Positions 7,857 through 17,677 of a stretch of DNA of 64,000 nucleotides are shown in pieces. The notes beneath the pieces were generated by a model. That model was not told the origin of the DNA. It made no database searches and saw only the letters and a program-made list of their open reading frames with translations. The position numbers and the translations under genes were made by a program. This DNA comes from a virus (Duplodnaviria > Caudoviricetes), in the IMG/VR virus record IMGVR_UViG_3300005611_000002, positions 64,001 through 128,000 of that record; one strand, 5' to 3'. Position 1 is the first letter of the stretch. Each line of letters begins with the position of its first letter.

Positions 7857-8312
7857 ATGCTGGTAGTATTCGACATCGATGGCACACTGGCCAACATCGA
7901 GCATCGTCTTGATTATGTTCGTTCCAAGCCCAAGAACTGGAAAGCCTTTGATGCTGGCATTCCGAATGATAAAGTGAACGAGCCTGTTGCCGAAGTTCTT
8001 GTTTGCTTGAAAACAGCATTTGCAGGAAACATCATTCTTTTTGCTAGTGGTCGTAGTGAAAGGTCACGACAAGCTACTGAACAGTGGCTTGAAACAAACG
8101 GACTGCTCAAGTATTCACACGGATTATATATGCGTAAGGCAGACGACTACCGTGCAGATGATATCGTGAAAGATGAGATCATTGACGAGATTGTAGCAGA
8201 CTATGGCAAACTTCCGGATATGTGGTTTGATGACCGTCCGCGAGTTGTGCGAGCTGTTCGTAAACGTGGTATCTTCGTGTTTGATGTCTATCAAGGTGAG
8301 GAGGACTTCTAA
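7857..8312 (+). CDS. HAD phosphatase resembling the 3'-phosphatase domain of T4 PseT
   Basis: FDIDGTL, ASGR, LYMR..D.R.D..VK, FDDR..VV. Confidence 0.8.
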   Translation: MLVVFDIDGTLANIEHRLDYVRSKPKNWKAFDAGIPNDKVNEPVAEVLVCLKTAFAGNIILFASGRSERSRQATEQWLETNGLLKYSHGLYMRKADDYRADDIVKDEIIDEIVADYGKLPDMWFDDRPRVVRAVRKRGIFVFDVYQGEEDF

Positions 8313-8656
8313 TGAGCGAAGAGTTATATCAATTCCTAGCATGTGACTACTATGCTACAGGAGAGGGGCGAACAGTCTCTCTTCTTATTACTCGAGCATA
8401 TCCTCGCACTGATGATTATGAAGATCCGGTGACAGGAAATCTCAAACCCGGGCACACAGCAAAAGTCAGAGCAGCTCGTGAATTTAGCGAGAAATTCGGC
8501 GGTTGGTATCTGCAAGGTGCTGAAAACTTACCACGAAAAGAGTTTCTTCAAAGGTTCGGTAATCACCTTCCAGAATACTTGCATAAAATACTGAACGACC
8601 CAGAACAACCGGGCAATCTCAATTTTTCAACACAAATTCATATGAACTTTTCATGA
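8312..8656 (+). CDS. hypothetical protein
   Basis: ORF in operon. Confidence 0.65.
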   Translation: MSEELYQFLACDYYATGEGRTVSLLITRAYPRTDDYEDPVTGNLKPGHTAKVRAAREFSEKFGGWYLQGAENLPRKEFLQRFGNHLPEYLHKILNDPEQPGNLNFSTQIHMNFS

Positions 8657-8862
8657 GGTATAGCATGTTCAAAAACTTTTTCAAAAAAGAACCAGAGCCC
8701 ACGGGCGAAAAAACTCTTGATGTTATCATTCGAGAAGGACGAGAACAGTGGAATCTCGAATCTACAATTCCACCAACCGAAAAAGAACCAACTATGAAAG
8801 AAATGTTTGATGAGGTTCTTGAAAGGCTAGATCGGATTGAAGCAAAAATCAAAGAGTTGTAA
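8653..8862 (+). CDS. hypothetical protein
   Basis: ORF in operon. Confidence 0.6.
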   Translation: MRYSMFKNFFKKEPEPTGEKTLDVIIREGREQWNLESTIPPTEKEPTMKEMFDEVLERLDRIEAKIKEL

Positions 8863-8864
8863 TC

Positions 8865-9107
8865 GTGTACACAGTTGAAATGGATCATGACGAAACTACG
8901 GTTACCATCCTAGATGATGAAGGTAACTATGAAGACATAGTATTCAATATCTTTGATGATATTGTATACGTGAGACAATGGGATGATTTCCTGGACACTT
9001 TCAGCGCAATTGCAATGTCACCAGAAATGTTTGATGAATTCATAGCTGCTCTTCAAAGCCCTGTAGGTGCTTATAAAATTGAACGGTTGACAAATGATCA
9101 AAAGTAG
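8865..9107 (+). CDS. acidic hypothetical protein
   Basis: ORF in operon. Confidence 0.65.
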   Translation: MYTVEMDHDETTVTILDDEGNYEDIVFNIFDDIVYVRQWDDFLDTFSAIAMSPEMFDEFIAALQSPVGAYKIERLTNDQK

Positions 9108-9143
9108 TATATAGTTTAACTATACAAAACTGAAAGGTACCAA

Positions 9144-10268
9144 ATGAAAGTGATTCATAAAACCCCCGAGCTCTACAAGCGCGACACCAAAGGCAAGGTA
9201 CGTATTTGGTGGGCTGAAGCTGGAACTGACGGCGAAACTTGGGCATGGCGCGCAAACTCTGGTGTCAAAGAAGGAAAGATCGTAGAGTCTGGTTGGAAAC
9301 TCGTTCGACAGAAAAATGTTGGTCGTTCGAACGAGACTTCGCTTGAAGAACAAGCAATCGCAGAAATGACTGCTGAGTTTGACAAAAAATCAGAACGCGA
9401 ATACTTTCCTGAAATTGTCAATGTAGATTCATACGAAAAGTTCAAGCCGATGCTTGCTGCGGGTTACGAACATCACACCTTTGACTTTGAAAGCAACACT
9501 TACTTTTCTCAGCCTAAGCTTGACGGCATTCGTTGCATTGCAAAAGCTGACGGTCTTTGGACTCGTGCTGGAAAAGAAATCGTGAGTTGCCCTCATATCT
9601 TCGAGTATCTTCAGCCATTTTTTTCGAAGTATCCTCATGCGGTACTTGACGGTGAGCTCTACAATCACGATCTAAAAAATGACTTCAATAAGATCACTTC
9701 TTTGGTGCGCAAAACCAAACCGAAACCCGAAGACATCGAAGAATGCGCGCAACTTGTTGAGTATCACGTGTATGATTTTTGTAACAAAGACCTGGATTTT
9801 ACATTCGAGGATCGTTACAACTTTATTTACGATCAAGGTTTTTCTGCACCGCTGGTTGTAGTTGAAACTCGTACAGTTCATAACAATGAAGAAATCGATG
9901 CACTGTATGGGCAATACCTCGAGTATGGTTACGAGGGTCAGATGATCCGTCTCAACACTCCGTATGAAAATAAGCGTTCGAAATATCTGCTCAAGCGTAA
10001 AGAGTTTTTGACTGACGAGTTTGTAGTTTCTTCTGTTGAAGAAGGAAAAGGCAACTGGGCTGGTTATATCAAGCGATTTGTACTTGAACTACCTGACGGT
10101 CGTACATTTGGTGCTGGTGTACGTGGTACTCAAGAAGTCATGAAACAACTTTTTGAAGCAGAAGAAAAACCCACGTGGGCTACGCTTCGATATTTCACCC
10201 CAACTCCAGATGGAGTTCCGCGGTTTCCAGTCGTAGTCGACTGGGGTACTGGTCAACGCGAAGACTAA
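9144..10268 (+). CDS. ATP-dependent DNA ligase
   Basis: QPKLDGIRC, LDGELY, YHVYD, EGQMIR, LLKRK, PRFP; upstream TTGACA at 9087. Confidence 0.92.
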   Translation: MKVIHKTPELYKRDTKGKVRIWWAEAGTDGETWAWRANSGVKEGKIVESGWKLVRQKNVGRSNETSLEEQAIAEMTAEFDKKSEREYFPEIVNVDSYEKFKPMLAAGYEHHTFDFESNTYFSQPKLDGIRCIAKADGLWTRAGKEIVSCPHIFEYLQPFFSKYPHAVLDGELYNHDLKNDFNKITSLVRKTKPKPEDIEECAQLVEYHVYDFCNKDLDFTFEDRYNFIYDQGFSAPLVVVETRTVHNNEEIDALYGQYLEYGYEGQMIRLNTPYENKRSKYLLKRKEFLTDEFVVSSVEEGKGNWAGYIKRFVLELPDGRTFGAGVRGTQEVMKQLFEAEEKPTWATLRYFTPTPDGVPRFPVVVDWGTGQRED

Positions 10269-10278
10269 GGAGAAACAA

Positions 10279-10416
10279 ATGATCTTTTCGCTTTTTGACA
10301 ACGAGTTCGATCTTCCACTCAATGTCTTGATCTGGCTCTTTCTTTCCACATTCTATCCTTCAATCTTCTTTGCACTCTATGCTCCGGGTTATATAAAAGG
10401 ACCTCAAAATGACTGA
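10279..10416 (+). CDS. 45-aa membrane peptide, absent from ORF track
   Basis: AAGGAG SD; MIFSLFDNEFDLPLNVLIWLFLSTFYPSIFFALYAPGYIKGPQND*. Confidence 0.6.
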   Translation: MIFSLFDNEFDLPLNVLIWLFLSTFYPSIFFALYAPGYIKGPQND

Positions 10417-10720
10417 AGAAAAATATGTAATCGTCACGGCAATCAGTAGTTATCGTATCCGCTACTGTATTCCGGTAAGCGATCTTCAAAAGATGAATCC
10501 TGGTGCTGCTGTCGATCCTGAAGAATGGGCAATGGACTCCGTTGCAATGAATGAAGTAGATGAGTTTTCGCAAGAGTGGCTTGGTGAACAAATTCTAGAT
10601 GCTCGAGAAGTAACAGAAAAAGAAATGCTGGCTCTGTTTGACAAGGAAAATAAATACCTAGAGAGTTGGTTAACGGAGAAAAAACTTGAGCATGTCAAAA
10701 ACTGGAAAGCACCTAGCTAA
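10409..10720 (+). CDS. hypothetical protein
   Basis: ORF with AAGGA SD. Confidence 0.7.
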   Translation: MTEEKYVIVTAISSYRIRYCIPVSDLQKMNPGAAVDPEEWAMDSVAMNEVDEFSQEWLGEQILDAREVTEKEMLALFDKENKYLESWLTEKKLEHVKNWKAPS

Positions 10721-10976
10721 GTATATTGAACGGCTTGGTATCGCACTGTCGGTACTGCTCAATGTCTTACTCGGAGGATCAAGTAATCAAACATTTTCCG
10801 CAAGAAACTGGGGTTGGAAGATACAAGGGTATCCCAACCTCGTTTGGTTTATAGACTGGTGCGCAAGCTGGTACGAAGATAATCACTGTAAGAGAAGCTG
10901 GGACTTTTGGTTCAACATAATCAAGAAATACGGAGAAACTAGATATGAGCATGATCAGAATTTACGGGAAAAATAA
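10686..10976 (+). CDS. hypothetical protein (LLNVLLGG...TFSAR...HC)
   Basis: overlapping ORF. Confidence 0.6.
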   Translation: MSMSKTGKHLAKYIERLGIALSVLLNVLLGGSSNQTFSARNWGWKIQGYPNLVWFIDWCASWYEDNHCKRSWDFWFNIIKKYGETRYEHDQNLREK

Positions 10977-11202
10977 CTGCCATTGGTGTAATCAGGCTAA
11001 GGACCTAGTTTCGCGCTACGGTTTTCGACATGAATACTTTGACATCGGTCAAAAAAAATATTATGACGAGCTAAAAGAAGCGGTTCCAGACGTCAAGAGT
11101 GTACCCCAGATTTTCTGGCACGATCGTTATATCGGTGGATACAATGAACTTGTAAGTGAGATTGAAAACACGATTGGAGGCTTCGGAGACCAACTTTTCT
11201 AG
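10945..11202 (+). CDS. nrdC: glutaredoxin
   Basis: CHWC, SVPQIF, YIGGY. Confidence 0.9.
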   Translation: MSMIRIYGKNNCHWCNQAKDLVSRYGFRHEYFDIGQKKYYDELKEAVPDVKSVPQIFWHDRYIGGYNELVSEIENTIGGFGDQLF

Positions 11203-11257
11203 TTGACATCGCCGATCTAATATGATATGATCATATCAACACCAACTGGAGAATGAC

Positions 11258-11533
11258 ATGAATCAAGAATCTTTCGAAAAAACTATTGTAGGTATGATGG
11301 CAGAGTACGACATCACCATGTTTGATGCTCTTCTGTGGGACTTTGAAACATTCCTCCTTGACGACGCTGAAAAATTATATACCAAGTCTGGTGCAGCAAT
11401 GCTAGAAAACAGGTTTCGAAAATACCTAACTGATAGTGGTGTATCTTTTGAACGGAAAGATTTTTATGCTGACATCTTTATGGGTCGTTCTGCTAATATG
11501 GGGTTGAGTATCAATGCCAAGACAAAAAATTAG
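11258..11533 (+). CDS. hypothetical protein
   Basis: TTGACA at 11203, GGAG SD. Confidence 0.65.
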   Translation: MNQESFEKTIVGMMAEYDITMFDALLWDFETFLLDDAEKLYTKSGAAMLENRFRKYLTDSGVSFERKDFYADIFMGRSANMGLSINAKTKN

Positions 11534-11852
11534 TAAAGTCCAAAAGTTACAAGCCGCAAAAGAAGAACATGAAAAATGGCTTGCATCTATGGGTTACAAG
11601 GGCGGTAAGTCTCTTCGCGGTAAATATGGTCGTCGGCAGGGCGTGCATGATCTACCTAACTTGAGAGAAGGTCTACGAGCCATGCCACCGACAAGCGATC
11701 GAGTTGCTGGTAATGGAAACAAGAAAGAATCACAAAAGTATACTGGGAATGAAATTGCTGGTATTGTCACGACGCACAAGTCAAATCTAATGCCAGTGCG
11801 CAAGGATAATAAGAAGGCGTTGGTTGATGCCGCGCAAATGCGGAGAAACTGA
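11514..11852 (+). CDS. basic hypothetical protein
   Basis: YTG..I.GI.T.HKSNL.PV motif typical of T4-like phages. Confidence 0.7.
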   Translation: MPRQKISKVQKLQAAKEEHEKWLASMGYKGGKSLRGKYGRRQGVHDLPNLREGLRAMPPTSDRVAGNGNKKESQKYTGNEIAGIVTTHKSNLMPVRKDNKKALVDAAQMRRN

Positions 11853-11875
11853 ATAAATACTTCCAAAAGGGAGTA

Positions 11876-12316
11876 TTGTTCGTGTGGATTTATAATGGCG
11901 AAGAATTTACAAGTGAGATGATCGGTGACTATACGGGCTTTGTTTATATCATTACGAACAAGTCCAACGATAAAAAGTACATCGGTAAAAAGATCTTCAA
12001 GTCAAAACGAAAGTTACCTCCGCTGAAAGGTAAAACGCGCCGAAGAACAAAGATAGTCGAGTCAGACTGGCAGGATTACTTTGGATCTTCAGAAGAGGTT
12101 AAGAATCTTGTAGAGGAAACCGGACGTGACAATTTTTACCGCGAGATACTTCACTTGTGCAAAACAAAAGGAGAGATGTCTTACTTAGAATTGAAGGAAC
12201 AGATCGACCGTCACGCACTACTTGATGATAACTATTACAACGGAATTGTACAGGCAAAAATTCATCGTAGCCACGTACAAAGCCTAAAAGAACGGTTGAC
12301 AAATCAAACCAATTGA
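11876..12316 (+). CDS. single-domain GIY-YIG endonuclease (resident, EndoII/Seg-like)
   Basis: GFVYIITN...KYIGKK, SDW..YFGSS, YYN; AATAAATA at 11852. Confidence 0.8.
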   Translation: MFVWIYNGEEFTSEMIGDYTGFVYIITNKSNDKKYIGKKIFKSKRKLPPLKGKTRRRTKIVESDWQDYFGSSEEVKNLVEETGRDNFYREILHLCKTKGEMSYLELKEQIDRHALLDDNYYNGIVQAKIHRSHVQSLKERLTNQTN

Positions 12317-12353
12317 TATAGTATAAACTATATGAACATAATGGAGACAAGAC

Positions 12354-12599
12354 ATGCTGATCAAACGTAAAAGCGTAATCACTGGTATCGAACGCACTCG
12401 TGATATTCCCGTCAATCCTGACGATATGATTGCCTGGGAAACTGGGTCTTGCAATATTCAAGACGTCATGCCTTACCTGAATGATAACGACCGCGAGTTC
12501 ATTCTTTCTGGTATTACTGCCGAAGAATGGGACAGCGCTTTTTCCGAGGAGATTGAAGATATTATTTCGGATGAAATGGATGACGAGGTTGCGTTTTGA
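12354..12599 (+). CDS. hypothetical protein
   Basis: TTGACA at 12296, GGAG SD. Confidence 0.7.
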   Translation: MLIKRKSVITGIERTRDIPVNPDDMIAWETGSCNIQDVMPYLNDNDREFILSGITAEEWDSAFSEEIEDIISDEMDDEVAF

Positions 12600-13243
12600 T
12601 CATTATCTTCAACGGTCCTCCGGGTACTGGTAAGGACGAAGCCGCAAATTTTTTTGAAGCTCGCGGCTTCACACACCTCAGTTTCAAAAAAGTACTTTTT
12701 AGAGAAACCATTGAACACTTCGGCGTATCTGAACAATGGTTTATGAAAGACTACCACAATCGAGAAGTAAAAGAAAGTCCAGAAAAATCTTTGCAGGGTT
12801 TGTCAAGACGTGAAGCACTTATTCATGTATCTGAAGAAATTATCAAACCCATCGAAGGTCCTGATTTCTTTGGTAGATGTGTTGCAGCAGAGATGCAAAG
12901 TGGATGTGATTATGCAGTCTCAGATGGTGGCTTTATCGAGGAATTGACTCCAATTATAAATACAATTGGAGCTGATAATATTGTTTTGGTTCAGCTCACT
13001 CGAGATGGTTGTGACTACTCTTCTGACTCTCGTCGTTATTTTGATGGCAATGTCATAGAAGAATATGTTTTAGATCACAAGACGCCAATCAACGAAAAAC
13101 ACGTTCTTTCACATAAGTTTTTCATTCGAACATATCGTATTCATAACAACAGCACTCTCGAAGACTTTCACGGCGTCCTTCAAAAAATTTATCAAAAAGA
13201 AAAGGCACTGGATGGAACAGAAAAGAAAGGAAAAGCTGCATAG
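12596..13243 (+). CDS. deoxynucleoside monophosphate kinase (T4 gp1-like)
   Basis: NGPPGTGKD, SFK, RREALI, SDGGF..E. Confidence 0.75.
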   Translation: MIIIFNGPPGTGKDEAANFFEARGFTHLSFKKVLFRETIEHFGVSEQWFMKDYHNREVKESPEKSLQGLSRREALIHVSEEIIKPIEGPDFFGRCVAAEMQSGCDYAVSDGGFIEELTPIINTIGADNIVLVQLTRDGCDYSSDSRRYFDGNVIEEYVLDHKTPINEKHVLSHKFFIRTYRIHNNSTLEDFHGVLQKIYQKEKALDGTEKKGKAA

Positions 13244-13424
13244 CCGAATACTTCTCGAAAACCCATATGACATCGAAACCGTGTTGGAGTCTCTTACAAT
13301 AGCATCACGATCTGGTAAAGAGATTCATTTCATGGATAAGTTTGTAAATCAAATACGAAAAGAACCCCAAAGTGACACAACAGAAGTAAGTTACAAGATA
13401 CTTCAAGACCTCAATCTACTCTAA
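13212..13424 (+). CDS. hypothetical protein
   Basis: overlapping ORF. Confidence 0.5.
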   Translation: MEQKRKEKLHSRILLENPYDIETVLESLTIASRSGKEIHFMDKFVNQIRKEPQSDTTEVSYKILQDLNLL

Positions 13425-13438
13425 AGGAGAACTATATT

Positions 13439-13717
13439 ATGGCAAAAGGTAAAGTCGGTAAAAGCAAAGGCTTTATTTCTCAGGGTACGCATCGCAATGT
13501 AAGCAAATCGACTCTTCGTGCTGTACGAGCTTCAAAGTCCGAAGCAGAAAAAATGCTTGATAAGCAAAAAGCTTGGCTGAAGGGACAAAACCCTTGGGTA
13601 ACAATTGATAATCCGAACAAGGAAGAAACCAATAAGCGCCGCATTCGTGTCCGTATGAATGACCTGATGAAAGGTTCCGCTAAGGAACGTGAAAAACATA
13701 TGTTCAAAATGAAGTGA
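13439..13717 (+). CDS. basic hypothetical protein
   Basis: AAGGAG SD; AW.KG.NPWVTI.NPN..ETNK. Confidence 0.7.
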   Translation: MAKGKVGKSKGFISQGTHRNVSKSTLRAVRASKSEAEKMLDKQKAWLKGQNPWVTIDNPNKEETNKRRIRVRMNDLMKGSAKEREKHMFKMK

Positions 13718-13725
13718 GAAATATC

Positions 13726-14001
13726 ATGGAAAAAGTAGTACTCAGCAAAAAAGATGTTGATAGCATCAAGAAGCAACTCCACGAAAAGGTCTGTAAAGTA
13801 GTTTTCACGAAGGTGAATGGAGAGACTCGCGTTATGCACTGTACTCTCAATCCCGATATGCTACCGCAAGAAGAAAACGAATCAACTAGAACGAAAAAAG
13901 AAAACGATAACGTACAAGCAGTGTACGATGTAGAAGCAAAGGGTTGGCGGTCTTTTCGATGGGACTCATTGACTAGCTTTTCTACGGAGTTCAACGCATG
14001 A
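13726..14001 (+). CDS. WYL_2 / DUF2693 SH3-like protein
   Basis: V.FTKVNGE.R.M.CTL...VYDVEAKGWRSFR. Confidence 0.75.
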   Translation: MEKVVLSKKDVDSIKKQLHEKVCKVVFTKVNGETRVMHCTLNPDMLPQEENESTRTKKENDNVQAVYDVEAKGWRSFRWDSLTSFSTEFNA

Positions 14002-14948
14002 GTTGCATCTATAAAGGTAAAGTTGTAAATAGTGAATTGTCAAAGAATGCTCGCGGTGGCACAGAAATGATGCGACAGCGAGCACTTGATAACGTGGATA
14101 AGCAATCACTTGAAAAAGTAGCAATTCATCTATCGAGGCCTCGTGAACTATACGACGACGTAAAGAACATCTTGTGGTGCCATGACCTTGCAGGCGATCC
14201 AGAAAACAAAATTCTGCGTGATGAAGGTTGGGCTAAGTTTGATCACTTTGTATTCGTGAGCCAGTGGCAACGAGATACATACGTAATGGCTTATGGTATT
14301 CCATATTCGAAGTGTACTGTGATTCCCAACGCTATCGAACACGAATATGCTCCGAAGCAAAAAGATATGGAGACAATTAGATTCATTTATCATACAACTC
14401 CTCATCGTGGTCTTGAACTTGTTTATCCAATCTTTGATGTACTCTCGAAGGAATTTGATAACATTCATCTTGACGTGTATTCGTCCTTTGAGATTTACGG
14501 TTGGAAGCAAAGAGATAAACCGTACGAGAAACTATTTGAAAACATCAAATCGCATCCTTCTATGACTTATCACGGGAGCGTATCAAACGAAAAAGTGCTG
14601 AAAGCTCTCGAAAAGAGTCACATCTTTATGTATCCTTGCATCTGGCAAGAAACGTCCTGTATTGCTCTCATTGAAGCAATTCGTAACGGTCTAATCTGTA
14701 TCCATCCAAACTACGGTGCTCTCTTAGAAACATCAGATGGAGCTACACTCGTATATGACTATACTGAAAACGCACAAGAGCACGCAAATATCTGCTACAC
14801 ACTTACAAAAAATGTTTTGAATGTGATAACTCAGGATCCAAACTTTTTTGCGAATTACACTCAGTCTGATAGATATGCGCTTCCTCGTAGCGGTATAAAT
14901 AACTTTACACAAAGTTGGAATGGCGTATTGAGAAAACTAAATGACTGA
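13998..14948 (+). CDS. GT-B glycosyltransferase (GT4-like)
   Basis: GGTE, W.HD, FVS.WQ, RGL, YP....ETSCIALIEA. Confidence 0.85.
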   Translation: MSCIYKGKVVNSELSKNARGGTEMMRQRALDNVDKQSLEKVAIHLSRPRELYDDVKNILWCHDLAGDPENKILRDEGWAKFDHFVFVSQWQRDTYVMAYGIPYSKCTVIPNAIEHEYAPKQKDMETIRFIYHTTPHRGLELVYPIFDVLSKEFDNIHLDVYSSFEIYGWKQRDKPYEKLFENIKSHPSMTYHGSVSNEKVLKALEKSHIFMYPCIWQETSCIALIEAIRNGLICIHPNYGALLETSDGATLVYDYTENAQEHANICYTLTKNVLNVITQDPNFFANYTQSDRYALPRSGINNFTQSWNGVLRKLND

Positions 14949-15279
14949 GAATAATGTAATTACATTTCCCAAAATGAAGCTTGATTCTCCTCCGCAGTCT
15001 CCGGAAGAATTAGCTCAAAAGCTTGCAGAGTATAAGACTAGTTTTGCTGATGATATTTCAGAGTTCTTGTGGAATCATGTATTGACTGAGATGGTCCGAG
15101 CCGGTTGTCGATTTGATGCGGAAGCAGAAGAATACTACCCTTCGATCATTCTTCTTTTAGAAGCGATTCGTTCTCTTTATCTTCATGCTCAAGGTATAGA
15201 GCATCCATTACAGGAATTCGCAGCGGAATTTATTGACCTCGATGATGAAGAATCGGTTGACAAATCAGAAGAAGAATGA
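14941..15279 (+). CDS. hypothetical protein (NVITFP N-terminus)
   Basis: ORF; TATAAATA at 14894. Confidence 0.7.
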   Translation: MTENNVITFPKMKLDSPPQSPEELAQKLAEYKTSFADDISEFLWNHVLTEMVRAGCRFDAEAEEYYPSIILLLEAIRSLYLHAQGIEHPLQEFAAEFIDLDDEESVDKSEEE

Positions 15280-15315
15280 TACTATATCTATATAAAATAA
15301 TTATGGAAACCTGAA

Positions 15316-16173
15316 ATGCTACTCATAGACTATAACCAAGTCATGCTCGCTTCTCTGTTTGCTAGCATTGGCAACCACCACAACATTGACGTAGATGAAA
15401 ATCTGATTCGTCACATGTTTCTCAACTCTCTTCGTTCAAATCGAAAAAAGTTCACTGAACAGTTTGGCGAAGTCGTAATCTGCGCTGATGGTATCAACAG
15501 CTGGCGCAAAGAAGTTTATCCCTATTACAAAGCAAACCGTAAAAAGTCTCGTGACGAGTCTGAACTCGATTGGAATGAACTTTTCCGAATTATCAACACA
15601 ATTCGCGATGAACTGAAAGAATTCTTTCCTTACAAAGTTATTCACCTCGATCGCTGTGAAGCAGATGATGTCATTGGTACTATTGTTCACGTGTTTGGAA
15701 CAGAACTCAATATTGGCGCCGAACAGATGTTGATCTTGTCTGGTGACAAAGACTACATCCAACTTCACAAATACGCAAATGTTCAACAGTTCGATCCGGT
15801 TCGTAAGAAGTGGGTCAAGAATGCAAATCCAGAAAAGTACCTCGTCGAACACGTACTTCGAGGTGATGTTGGTGACGGTGTACCAAATATTCTTTCACCC
15901 GACAACTGCCTTGCGGTAGGCCAGCGTCAAAAGCCAATGACGAGCAAGCGCCTTGAAATGTACTCGAAGGGTACGAATGAAATGGATGAAGAAACACTTC
16001 GTCGCTATCATCGTAATCGCACAGTCATTGATCTAGGTGAAATCCCCGAAAAATACAAGACACAAATTCTCGAAGAGTTCAACAAAGAAAAGGAAGTTGG
16101 TCGTGGTCAACTGATGAACTTCTTTATGAAAAAGAAACTCAAAAACCTCCTTACAGATATACAGGACTTCTAA
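15316..16173 (+). CDS. rnh: RNase H / 5'-3' flap exonuclease
   Basis: LIDYNQ, WRK..YP.YKANR, EADD.I, SGDKD..QL, GD.GDGVPN; TTGACA-N17-TACTAT at 15257. Confidence 0.92.
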   Translation: MLLIDYNQVMLASLFASIGNHHNIDVDENLIRHMFLNSLRSNRKKFTEQFGEVVICADGINSWRKEVYPYYKANRKKSRDESELDWNELFRIINTIRDELKEFFPYKVIHLDRCEADDVIGTIVHVFGTELNIGAEQMLILSGDKDYIQLHKYANVQQFDPVRKKWVKNANPEKYLVEHVLRGDVGDGVPNILSPDNCLAVGQRQKPMTSKRLEMYSKGTNEMDEETLRRYHRNRTVIDLGEIPEKYKTQILEEFNKEKEVGRGQLMNFFMKKKLKNLLTDIQDF

Positions 16174-16592
16174 TGAAACTTTCACTGTCAGAAATTATCA
16201 ATAAAGCCACTGAACTGAAGAATAAGAAAGAAAAGGTAGATTGGCTACGTTCCAATGCATCCATTCCTTTACAGACTATTCTAAAGTACACATACGATAA
16301 GGATAACGTCAAGTTCTTGATACCACAAATACCACCGCCTTGGAAAAAGAACGGTTATGTAGGTGTTGAAGGTATGTTATACAAAGAAACAAGACGACTT
16401 CGCATCTTTATTGAAGGTGGTGGTTATGATAATTTGAATCAAGTCAAGCGTGAAAATCTATTCATCAGCTTGTTGGAAGATGTTGATGATAATGATGCAG
16501 AGTTGCTCGTTCAGATGATTCAACAGAAGCCACTCAAGGGTCTACCCAAGAGTGTAGTAGAAGAAGCATTTCCTGGTTTGGTTGGTAAGTAA
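16173..16592 (+). CDS. conserved T4-like hypothetical protein
   Basis: KRE.LFI.LLE...AFPGL; typical rnh neighbour. Confidence 0.7.
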   Translation: MKLSLSEIINKATELKNKKEKVDWLRSNASIPLQTILKYTYDKDNVKFLIPQIPPPWKKNGYVGVEGMLYKETRRLRIFIEGGGYDNLNQVKRENLFISLLEDVDDNDAELLVQMIQQKPLKGLPKSVVEEAFPGLVGK

Positions 16593-16601
16593 GAGGAAAA
16601 A

Positions 16602-16772
16602 ATGGCCAAGTCGTTCAAAAAGTTCCGCGAAGAGTGGGAAGATGATGAATGGAGTGATGACGATGATCACCGCCGAAAAGAAAAGCGAATGGAAAAGCGC
16701 CGCGCGAAGCGTCGAACTAAGGTTCAAGAAAAAAATTCAGCATTTTATAATGCTGACGAACAAGACAGTTGA
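16602..16772 (+). CDS. 56-aa highly charged protein (replaces track ORF 16582-16794)
   Basis: GAGG SD; MAKSFKKFREEWEDDEWSDDDDHRRKEKRMEKRRAKRR...EQDS*. Confidence 0.65.
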   Translation: MAKSFKKFREEWEDDEWSDDDDHRRKEKRMEKRRAKRRTKVQEKNSAFYNADEQDS

Positions 16773-16822
16773 CAAATGTAAAGAATCGGTATAGTATCAT
16801 AATAGGTAATACGAAAGGAACC
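16769..16822 (+). promoter_or_regulatory. early promoter cassette with GAATC in spacer
   Basis: TTGACA-N17-TAGTAT; GAATC 16783-16787; CATAATAGGTAATACGAAAGGAACC. Confidence 0.85.
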
Positions 16823-16826
16823 TATC

Positions 16827-17024
16827 ATGAACCGTGAATTTACCATCACCGCCCCGAAAACCTACAAAACCGCAGCTAATGCACGCCGTGCAGTTGAAAA
16901 AGCAGGCTGTGCAGGCTTTCGGCATTTTATGATGACTAATGAAGAAGGTCGTTTCTTCCCAGTGTTCGTTGGCCAAGAAGCTGTTCAGAATGGCGTTCAC
17001 TTTCACTTCAATGTAGTTGGATAA
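16827..17024 (+). CDS. hypothetical early protein
   Basis: follows promoter/SD cassette. Confidence 0.75.
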   Translation: MNREFTITAPKTYKTAANARRAVEKAGCAGFRHFMMTNEEGRFFPVFVGQEAVQNGVHFHFNVVG

Positions 17025-17035
17025 GGAGATACAAT

Positions 17036-17617
17036 ATGAAACTGAGTGACAAACTAATTCTGGTAGACTGTGACGGTGTTCTGCTTGACTGGAAATACGG
17101 CTTCTTTCGCTGGATGCGCGAACGTGGGTTTGAACCAGTACAAACTGGTGAATACGATATTGCAACAACATTTGATATTCCAAAGGATCGAGCAAAAGAA
17201 CTCGTTCGGCATTTCAATGAGTCTGCTGCCATCGGCTGGCTACCTCAATTTCGCGATGCTGTAAAGTATGTTCGAAAGCTGCACGAAGATCACGGTTTCA
17301 TCTTTCACTGCATTACTTCATTGAGTACTGACACCTATGCTGGAAAACTTCGTGTCAAGAACCTTGAAGCTCTCTTTGGTAAGACTGTATTCGAAAAGGT
17401 CGAGTGTCTTGAGTGTGGAGCTGATAAAGATGAAGCACTTCTTCCCTACGCAGATAGCGGATGCGTTTGGGTGGAAGATAAGCCAGACAATGCGCTCGCA
17501 GGCCAAAAGATTGGTCTCAATTCTCTGCTCATTGCACACGACTTCAATGAAGATTTTGATCACCCTTCGATCACAAAAGTGCAAAATTGGCGCGAAATTC
17601 ACGACATGCTTGTATAA
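17036..17617 (+). CDS. HAD-family hydrolase (T4 30.2-like)
   Basis: LVDCDGVLLDW, ITS, WVEDK..NA. Confidence 0.8.
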   Translation: MKLSDKLILVDCDGVLLDWKYGFFRWMRERGFEPVQTGEYDIATTFDIPKDRAKELVRHFNESAAIGWLPQFRDAVKYVRKLHEDHGFIFHCITSLSTDTYAGKLRVKNLEALFGKTVFEKVECLECGADKDEALLPYADSGCVWVEDKPDNALAGQKIGLNSLLIAHDFNEDFDHPSITKVQNWREIHDMLV

Positions 17618-17620
17618 ATA
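17613..17620 (+). promoter_or_regulatory. T4-type late promoter
   Basis: TATAAATA. Confidence 0.65.
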
Positions 17621-17650
17621 AAAACAAGCAGATCTATATGATGTATTGAT

Positions 17651-17677
17651 GGCGGTCTGCTCTGCAGCCGCCTTTTT
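17651..17677 (+). terminator. Rho-independent terminator
   Basis: GGCGG(T)CTGC-TCT-GCAGCCGCC-TTTTT. Confidence 0.7.

Noticed and set aside
11876-12316. Another mobile homing endonuclease
   Set aside because: Single domain, co-oriented, host-like codon style, no duplication or leader element; more likely a resident nuclease.
16582-16794. Track ORF of 70 aa
   Set aside because: Another frame (16602-16772) has the SD and ATG and ends before the promoter spacer.
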